32,000 nt of DNA. Origin: Halalkalibacterium halodurans (GTDB lineage Bacteria; Bacillota; Bacilli; Bacillales; Bacillaceae_D). Numbering within the stretch: position 1 is the stretch's first letter; each line of letters begins with the position of its first letter. The notes under the pieces are model-generated. The model ran no database searches and was not told the origin of the DNA. It was given only the letters and a program-made list of their open reading frames with translations. Positions 27,430 through 32,000 of the stretch are shown here, piece after piece. The position numbers were made by a program, and so were the translations under genes. The stretch spans positions 49,941 through 81,940 of the forward strand of contig NZ_SNUY01000011.1 in NCBI RefSeq assembly GCF_004376175.1. Reading direction: 5' to 3'.

Positions 27430-28063
27430 TGTTGTCCTCCTTATCATTTTTTCTATTCCCGTGTTTCGGCATCTTTTCGGCAAGTATATCAAGGTCATCT
27501 TGCCAATAAAGTTTGATGCTTGCCCTTTCGCCCCCAACGATTTTGAATGGATATATTTCATATAACTCTGCATATTTGACGAATGTGAGTTTTGAGCATT
27601 TTAAGTATTCGAGCGCTTCGGTTTGAGAGTAGATTTTTTTCATTGCTTCTTCTCTCAACCTTATCTTTCGGGCACGCTCTTTTACTTCGTTCCACTTCAT
27701 TTGTGTGTTCGCGAGTATCGAGGTGTGGGATGGTCTTCGGTTTGACGATGCCCAACCGTTATACTCTTGAACTGAAAAATTGCTATGGCCGAAATGCTCA
27801 ATTGCTTCCACTAATGCCTGGATATAATCTGTTCTTTTATACCTTGGTACTGGCTTCCCCCTCCGTGCAACATTGTGAGGTAGTGGAGAGTCTGTCTTGG
27901 GAAACAAGTCCGACCAATGGGCGTTAAGATAGGTAATAAGCGTTGGAGACCGTGGTAAACCGTTTTCCTTTGCCCAAACATCATAATCATTTTTGGATAT
28001 ATATCCATGTTCTTTTTTTGCGCGCTCATATGCATTGATAATATCCTGCATGCTATACGACAT
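27422..28063 (-). CDS. DNA-binding protein: two homing-endonuclease-associated-like repeats plus a C-terminal Xis-like HTH, with no nuclease domain
   Basis: There is an internal duplication: QDIINAYERAKKEHGYISKNDYDVWAKENGLPRSPTLITYLNAHWSDLF versus TDYIQALVEAIEHFGHSNFSVQEYNGWASSNRRPSHTSILANTQMKWNEVK. The C-terminus (TEALEYLKCSKLTFVKYAELYEIYPF...KLYWQDDLD) is paralogous to the 74- and 80-aa HTH proteins. Confidence 0.7.
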   Translation of the reverse strand: MSYSMQDIINAYERAKKEHGYISKNDYDVWAKENGLPRSPTLITYLNAHWSDLFPKTDSPLPHNVARRGKPVPRYKRTDYIQALVEAIEHFGHSNFSVQEYNGWASSNRRPSHTSILANTQMKWNEVKERARKIRLREEAMKKIYSQTEALEYLKCSKLTFVKYAELYEIYPFKIVGGERASIKLYWQDDLDILAEKMPKHGNRKNDKEDNNE

Positions 28064-28090
28064 ATATTTACCTCTCCCCTCCGTTTTCTT

Positions 28091-28129
28091 TGTTATATAA
28101 ATAATAACATATGATTTTATATATGTAAA
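28091..28129 (-). promoter_or_regulatory. Sigma-A-type promoter with an overlapping inverted repeat sharing TGTTAT/ATAACA half-sites
   Basis: Minus strand: TTTACA (28129-28124), N17, TGtTATTAT (-10 at 28106-28101). The inverted repeat is TGTTAT 28091-28096 / ATAACA 28104-28109. Confidence 0.6.
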
Positions 28130-28197
28130 GAGTTTTCTAAAACTTTTTTCAAGGAATATTCAAAAGAGGGGAGAACCTTTATTTTAGAGGTGATCAC

Positions 28198-28395
28198 ATG
28201 GAGGTAAAGAACAAACTCAAATCAATGCGCCACGCACACGAGATGGATCAAAAGCAATTTGCCGAAAAACTCGGATTGCGGCAAGAACAATATAACCGCT
28301 ACGAGCGGCAGGCAAGGCAGCCGACTCTGAAAATAGCACTAGAGATAAGCGCTAAACTCAATATGACAGTCAACGATTTATTTTATTTAGAATAG
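28198..28395 (+). CDS. XRE/Cro-C1-family HTH transcriptional regulator (65 aa)
   Basis: The classical HTH_3 pattern MDQKQFAEKLGLRQEQYNRYERQARQPTLKIALEISAKLNMTVNDLF, with a GAGGTGA RBS. Confidence 0.9.
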   Translation: MEVKNKLKSMRHAHEMDQKQFAEKLGLRQEQYNRYERQARQPTLKIALEISAKLNMTVNDLFYLE

Positions 28396-28455
28396 GACAG
28401 GCAATATTTATACCAAACTGGCATACACTGTATCATCAAAAGGAGGATGATACAC

Positions 28456-28704
28456 ATGCAAGTAATAATGCCGTTTCATCGACGATTGGCTGAACTGGCC
28501 CACATTCAAAAATCGAGGGAACTGACAGAACAGGAATATGATGATTTTGATTTGTGCATCAAAGCTAATATGTACTATGTACAAAAGCTAACAGGTTTGT
28601 ATGAGTTGAGTTACTTGGCAAGCGTGACACAAGATGTAGAATGGCAACATGAGATTTGTAGTAAGATCGATGAGGTTGTTGTAGGTAAGCGAAAAAAGAA
28701 GTAA
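28456..28704 (+). CDS. Hypothetical helical protein (82 aa) downstream of the XRE gene
   Basis: Start moved to ATG 28456, 9 nt after AAGGAGG. The basic C-terminus overlaps the terminator stem. Confidence 0.6.
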   Translation: MQVIMPFHRRLAELAHIQKSRELTEQEYDDFDLCIKANMYYVQKLTGLYELSYLASVTQDVEWQHEICSKIDEVVVGKRKKK

Positions 28705-28720
28705 AAAACTTCTTTTATCT
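28695..28720. terminator. Bidirectional AT-rich terminator
   Basis: AAAGAAGT 28695-28702 pairs with ACTTCTTT 28708-28715. T-rich sequence follows on the plus strand, and TTTTTTCG follows on the minus strand. Confidence 0.6.
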
Positions 28721-28721
28721 A

Positions 28722-28750
28722 TTTACATTTGTCATGAGATTTGATATAAT
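28722..28750 (+). promoter_or_regulatory. Near-consensus extended -10 sigma-A promoter for the small peptide operon
   Basis: TTTACA 28722-28727, N17, TGaTATAAT (TATAAT at 28745-28750). Confidence 0.7.
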
Positions 28751-28774
28751 TAAAGTAGAAAGGGGGGAGATAAA

Positions 28775-28912
28775 GTGGATTGGGAAAAGTTAGTCCTTCT
28801 TTTAGCTTCCATATCAGGCATCTTTGCTGGTGTCACCACAGGAATGAAGAACATCCAAGAAATGAAAGCTAAAAGAAAGCGACGTCCTCGGTCAAGGAAA
28901 CGTCGCAAGTAA
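28775..28912 (+). CDS. 45-aa membrane peptide with a poly-K/R tail (type I toxin-like; not in the ORF track)
   Basis: GTG 28775, 4 nt after GGGGGGAGA. The translation is MDWEKLVLLLASISGIFAGVTTGMKNIQEMKAKRKRRPRSRKRRK. 12 of the last 15 residues are K/R. Confidence 0.6.
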   Translation: MDWEKLVLLLASISGIFAGVTTGMKNIQEMKAKRKRRPRSRKRRK

Positions 28913-28919
28913 TACCTAG

Positions 28920-28937
28920 GGGGAGGGAAACCTCCCC
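28920..28937. other. 7-bp GC hairpin with a GAAA tetraloop, without a U-tract
   Basis: GGGGAGG-GAAA-CCTCCCC. It would sit at the 3' end of the peptide mRNA and at the extreme 5' end of the predicted antisense RNA. Confidence 0.6.
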
Positions 28938-28970
28938 ACATAAAAATTATACCACAATCCACTTAAAAAT

Positions 28971-29126
28971 ATGAGAGGCCAACTGATTTTGAACGGGTCT
29001 TTGGTTGTTTTATGTCTAGTGGTAATGGATTGGAACTTTGGATCGTGGCTAGACTATGCTCTATTAGGAGTAGCTATAGTTCTTTCTTCCATTACACTCT
29101 GGAACTTATTAATGAAGGGTGACTGA
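28971..29126 (+). CDS. Possible second small membrane protein (45-51 aa; start uncertain)
   Basis: The frame is open from ATG 28971 (no RBS) or from TTG 28989 (AGAGG 10 nt upstream). It ends 2 nt before the TTG start of the 80-aa HTH gene. It is hydrophobic: ...LVVLCLVVMDWNFGSWLDYALLGVAIVLSSITLWNLLMKGD. Confidence 0.3.
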   Translation: MRGQLILNGSLVVLCLVVMDWNFGSWLDYALLGVAIVLSSITLWNLLMKGD

Positions 29127-29128
29127 CG

Positions 29129-29371
29129 TTGTACAAATTCGATTCGAAAGAGGAGCTTTTGGAGTTTATTAGCCGTGAAGTCCTAATGACTAGTGAAGCT
29201 AGCGAGTTTTTGGATGTTTCGCGGCAGCGTATGAGCGAACTAATACGCGCAAAGAAAATTACACCAATCAAAAAATCGCGTGGTTCCAGTTTATTTCTGC
29301 GTGAGGATCTTGAGCAAAAGAAAAAAGAGCTTGAGCAGCTCCGCAAAAAATACCGCCCTTATGATGAGTAG
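29129..29371 (+). CDS. Xis/MerR-like helix-turn-helix protein (80 aa), paralogue of the 74-aa protein
   Basis: TTG start 6 nt after GAAGGGTGA. It aligns with the 74-aa protein along its whole length (EELLEFISREVLMTSEASEFL...KKITPI...LFLREDLEQ). Confidence 0.75.
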   Translation: MYKFDSKEELLEFISREVLMTSEASEFLDVSRQRMSELIRAKKITPIKKSRGSSLFLREDLEQKKKELEQLRKKYRPYDE

Positions 29372-29386
29372 GGGCGGTATTTTATT
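29347..29386. terminator. Bidirectional terminator between convergent genes
   Basis: ATACCGCCC 29350-29358 pairs with GGGCGGTAT 29372-29380. An A-run precedes it and TTTTATTG follows. Confidence 0.8.
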
Positions 29387-29393
29387 GATCACC

Positions 29394-30161
29394 CTATTGT
29401 ACAAAGTGAGGATATACCATTTGTCCATCTACTACATCTAATAAATTAGCATAATTAAAATTATCCCAATTGATTTTATCCATTGTTTCACGGGACATCC
29501 ATGTTTCCATCACTGCTTCCTCCTCGATGTTCCCGTATTGGTCTTGCATAGGAAAAGTAATTGATATCCATACTTCGTCTATACGTTTATCGCTTGATAG
29601 CTGACGATAGGCTATGGTGGAATCTTCGTAAAAACCCCTGCCAATTGATTCGTCAGACCAGCCGTCTTTTCCTTTAACTGTTGCCATCAGCGAATTGTCA
29701 CTTTCATCAAATTCTATACTTACGATCGTTTCATCGATCGGATCATCCCCAGATTTGAAAATGTCATATAGAATGTCCTTTGAATCCTCTAGTACTGTCC
29801 CTTTCTTCTTTTCTGATTTTTGTTTTTTAGAATCTTTATTAGATTCTTTATCAGATTCTTTTTTGTTTGGGGCAGGCTCTTCTTCGTCAGCAGCTTCAGC
29901 TTCCTCATCTTCTTCTGTGGTTTCTAGCGCTATTACCTCAGTATCATTTTCCTCTTGTTGTACCACGTCGTCGCTATTTACTAAGTATGTGATGAATCCA
30001 ATTAAACCGATAATAAAAGCAGAAGCACCGCTTAGCAGAACGATTCTGTGTTTTTTTCCTCGTTTTTCTCTATCCCTGAACAAATTAACTATAAAGAGTA
30101 CGATTCCTACTAATACAGTAATCAGTCCAACAACAGAAAGTAGGAAAGATATAACTCCCAA
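29394..30161 (-). CDS. Two-TM membrane protein with an acidic/lysine-rich linker and a C-terminal globular domain of unknown function
   Basis: TTG start 9 nt after AAGGGGG. The TM segments are VISFLLSVVGLITVLVGIVLFIV and IVLLSGASAFIIGLIGFITYLV. A candidate promoter is TTGAAA (30224-30219), N17, TATATT (30201-30196). Confidence 0.8.
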   Translation of the reverse strand: MGVISFLLSVVGLITVLVGIVLFIVNLFRDREKRGKKHRIVLLSGASAFIIGLIGFITYLVNSDDVVQQEENDTEVIALETTEEDEEAEAADEEEPAPNKKESDKESNKDSKKQKSEKKKGTVLEDSKDILYDIFKSGDDPIDETIVSIEFDESDNSLMATVKGKDGWSDESIGRGFYEDSTIAYRQLSSDKRIDEVWISITFPMQDQYGNIEEEAVMETWMSRETMDKINWDNFNYANLLDVVDGQMVYPHFVQ

Positions 30162-30252
30162 TATGGTTAACCCCCTTTAGAGTATTTATATGGTAAATAT
30201 ACGTTTTGATGGCCTTATTTTCAATCATTAAATCAAAAGGACCGAGTAAGGT

Positions 30253-30600
30253 TTATATTTTACTAGCGCTTTTTAAGCAGTCAATCTTTACATAATAAAT
30301 ATCGTCATCACCAAAAACTACTTTTATTTGTTTAAGTTGCTGATCTATTTTAGAGATGTGGCCAACGACAGTTTGATAAAACCCTTCATGCCAATATGTG
30401 ATACTTAAGGGGTATTGTTGATCTATTGAATCCATTATGAGGTAACCAATTTCTTGTAATTCTTGTTCGTCGAGTGTAGGTTTTGAAACTTTTTTTGATT
30501 CAAATTTATATTGTTGCAGAGCGGATATATGCTCAGGCAGCATAAAGCGAGACGACTCCCATCTTAAATTTGTTCCTGGTGTTAGCTTATTTTGTTTCAT
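30253..30600 (-). CDS. YolD-like protein
   Basis: 115 aa. The N-terminal pattern R-W-E-S-S-R-F-M-L-P-E-H and the overall size match the YolD-like family of Bacillus. GGGAGG RBS. A LexA box lies in its promoter. Confidence 0.8.
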   Translation of the reverse strand: MKQNKLTPGTNLRWESSRFMLPEHISALQQYKFESKKVSKPTLDEQELQEIGYLIMDSIDQQYPLSITYWHEGFYQTVVGHISKIDQQLKQIKVVFGDDDIYYVKIDCLKSASKI

Positions 30601-30628
30601 TTCATAACCTCCCTAAAATTATTATACA

Positions 30629-30640
30629 GAACTTTTGTTC
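30629..30640. promoter_or_regulatory. LexA (Cheo/SOS) box GAAC-N4-GTTC
   Basis: GAACTTTTGTTC sits immediately upstream of the minus-strand TATAAT (30626-30621) of the YolD-like gene. Confidence 0.7.
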
Positions 30641-30768
30641 CTATTATGCATAAGTGGGGTTTTTGTTTCAACACATATTTATAGAAGGGGATCAATTAAC
30701 GGGAAGGCGCACTTGGATATATGTGATGTGCTATACTTTTAGTATAATTTACTAATGGAGGTGTATTT

Positions 30769-31893
30769 ATGTCTTTTAAAAACTTAGTATCAGGTAAAAA
30801 ATTGCCTGTTATATTTATTGGCTCCGGCCTAAGTAGAAGATATTTAGATAGTCCTGATTGGGATAACTTATTAATAAAAACATTGCAGTTTATAGGTAAA
30901 AACGAGCGGGATTTTAAAAGGCTAAAATCGCGAATAAAGAATAAGCCTGAGAATAGAAATTTAATTAATGGTGAAATAAATGCAAAAGTCGCGGCAGAGA
31001 TTGAAAATGAATTTAATGAATTCTTTTATGAAAGTGATTTAATTGAAAAGTATCCGGATTGGCTAGACGAAGGAGTTAATCCTTTCAGAAAATGTATTGC
31101 TACAATTCTACAAGGGTTAAATGTTATGAAAGAAAAAGAAGAAGAGGTTTCTTTATTTAAAGCTTTAAAAAACAAGACAATAGCAGCTATTACTACTAAT
31201 TATGATACCTTATTAGAGCAGTTGTTTAACTTACCTAAAGAAAGTATCTTCATTGGACAACCTCAATTATTTAATCCTAATTCTCTTGATCTAGGTGAAC
31301 TTTACAAGATTCATGGATGTGTTACAGACCCAAATAACATAGTTATTACAGAGCATGATTATAAAAACTTCAAGAATAATGCAAAACTATTTACTGCGAA
31401 GCTCTTAACTTTAATTAGCGAAAATCCTGTGATTTTTATAGGCTACTCAATTGATGATCCCAATATGCAACAGATCTTAAGTGATTTAGTAAGTTGTTTA
31501 TCATCCGAACAAATCAAAAGTCTAATTAATCATTTTTATTTTGTAGAGTATAATGAAGGGGAAGAGAATCTAATAGAAAAAGAGTACCTTTTTGAAGCGA
31601 AATCTTACGATGGTAAACTCTCAGTTTTTCCTATATCAATTATTAGTACTGATAATTACGCAGAAGTATATAAAGAGCTAGCTAAATTAACACCAACTAT
31701 GAATATCAATACAGTAAAACAAGTAAAAAGAATTGTTAAAGATATTGTGTTAGAGTCTACAGAAGCTCAAAGTGGTAACGAAGAGGTGTTGACTATTCTC
31801 TTAGAAGATATAAACAAACTATCTGAAACTAAACAGAAGTTTGCTATTGCTATTGGTAACGTAAAAGAAATTACCTCTATAGCCCCTAAATGA
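30769..31893 (+). CDS. SIR2-like (SIR2_2 family, NADase-type defence) protein, probably 3'-truncated by an IS insertion
   Basis: Motifs: LPVIFIGSGLSRRY (glycine-rich NAD loop), TTNYD (Asn144), KIHGC (His182), VIFIGYSIDDPN. GGAGGTG RBS. The stop TGA 31891-31893 coincides with the terminal TG.. of the IS. Confidence 0.85.
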   Translation: MSFKNLVSGKKLPVIFIGSGLSRRYLDSPDWDNLLIKTLQFIGKNERDFKRLKSRIKNKPENRNLINGEINAKVAAEIENEFNEFFYESDLIEKYPDWLDEGVNPFRKCIATILQGLNVMKEKEEEVSLFKALKNKTIAAITTNYDTLLEQLFNLPKESIFIGQPQLFNPNSLDLGELYKIHGCVTDPNNIVITEHDYKNFKNNAKLFTAKLLTLISENPVIFIGYSIDDPNMQQILSDLVSCLSSEQIKSLINHFYFVEYNEGEENLIEKEYLFEAKSYDGKLSVFPISIISTDNYAEVYKELAKLTPTMNINTVKQVKRIVKDIVLESTEAQSGNEEVLTILLEDINKLSETKQKFAIAIGNVKEITSIAPK

Positions 31894-32000
31894 ACTTGGA
31901 CAGTAAGAGTAATAAATATTATACTACTTATTGTACCAAGGAGGCTGACATCATGAAACGAACAAGACACTCAAAAGGTTTCAAATTACAAGTCGTAAAA
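31891..32000 (+). mobile_element. Left end of an IS3-family insertion sequence (runs off the window)
   Basis: It begins TGAACTTGGACAGTAAG (IS3-family ends start with TG). OrfA starts 62 nt inside, which is typical spacing for the family. Confidence 0.7.
31953..32000 (+). CDS. IS3-family transposase OrfA, N-terminal fragment
   Basis: AAGGAGG RBS. MKRTRHSKGFKLQVVK matches the conserved FKLQVV start of IS3/IS150-group OrfA HTH proteins. Confidence 0.75.
   Translation, partial: MKRTRHSKGFKLQVVK

Larger units (their letters stand above)
28692..28940 (-). ncRNA. Predicted antisense RNA covering the 45-aa peptide gene (hypothetical)
   Basis: The minus-strand extended -10 TGGTATAAT lies at 28954-28946, with a poor -35. 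The transcript would run to the minus-strand T-tract of the 28695-28715 terminator. I see no credible coding potential on this strand. Confidence 0.3.

Noticed and set aside
27430-27573. The N-terminal 48 codons of the 122-aa track ORF
   Set aside because: This stretch lies entirely within the 213-aa gene in another frame. The internal ATG at 27429 has a perfect AAGGAGG RBS and gives a protein collinear with its 80-aa paralogue.
27592-27927. Plus-strand ORFs (111 aa, 68 aa at 27359-27565) and minus-strand alternative-frame ORFs (27558-27755, 27811-28035) within the 213-aa gene
   Set aside because: They have no RBS and overlap a gene supported by an internal protein repeat and paralogy.
28423-28433. 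The ATACA-C-TGTAT palindrome between the XRE gene and the 82-aa gene
   Set aside because: It has only 5-bp arms, no second copy in the window and no associated promoter. That is too weak to call an operator.
28750-28962. A 70-aa minus-strand ORF antisense to the small peptide gene
   Set aside because: Its start lies upstream of the only plausible minus-strand promoter, it has no RBS, and its composition is implausible. The strand is more likely transcribed as a non-coding antisense RNA, if at all.
29695-30180. A 161-aa Ser-rich plus-strand ORF
   Set aside because: It is the mirror of the Glu/Asp/Lys-rich linker of the minus-strand membrane protein gene.
1-32000. A search for tRNA/rRNA genes, CRISPR repeats, reverse transcriptase/retron or DGR elements, an integrase and att repeats
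   Set aside because: I saw no T-loop or acceptor-like tRNA sequence, no regularly spaced direct repeats outside coding tandem repeats, and no RT or recombinase ORF. The left prophage end is outside the window, so att sites cannot be paired.

Overview
Positions 1-26.7 kb (all + strand) hold the late/structural arm of a contractile-tailed prophage or phage-like particle element. Its gene order follows the Bacillus subtilis PBSX/skin type almost gene for gene. In order: an XtrA-like ORF, a sigma-like Xpf-type activator, small and large terminase, portal, a Mu-F/SPP1-gp7 head protein, an XkdF-type protease/scaffold, capsid, neck proteins, sheath, tube, and a tail chaperone with an A_AAA_AAC -1 frameshift. 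These are followed by a ~1530-aa tape measure (Gly-rich segment, Trp-rich 117-nt tandem repeats, C-terminal lytic transglycosylase), a LysM protein, baseplate genes of XkdQ/R/S/T/U type, a 755-aa repeat-built tail fibre, an XkdX-family ORF missed by the track, a holin pair and an amidase-LysM-PG-binding endolysin. AGGAGG-type RBSs, TTG/GTG starts, sigma-A-like promoters and a GAAC-N4-GTTC Cheo box point to a Bacillaceae-like low-GC Firmicute host. Positions 26.7-29.4 kb hold a promoter-dense cassette made only of small genes. It contains an acidic 69-aa protein behind a palindromic operator, a 213-aa protein with two homing-endonuclease-associated-like repeats plus an HTH, and two further paralogous Xis/MerR-like HTH proteins. 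It also contains an XRE repressor, an 82-aa helical protein, and a 45-aa membrane peptide with a poly-K/R tail and a facing antisense promoter (type I toxin-antitoxin-like). No enzyme or recombinase is present, which makes this cassette the best candidate for an undescribed system. Positions 29.4-32 kb carry a two-TM membrane protein, an orphan YolD-like gene with a LexA box, and a more AT-rich SIR2-like (NADase-type defence) gene. The TGA stop of that gene coincides with the first three bases of an IS3-family element that runs off the window. I could not recognise any rRNA, tRNA, CRISPR array, integrase or att site.
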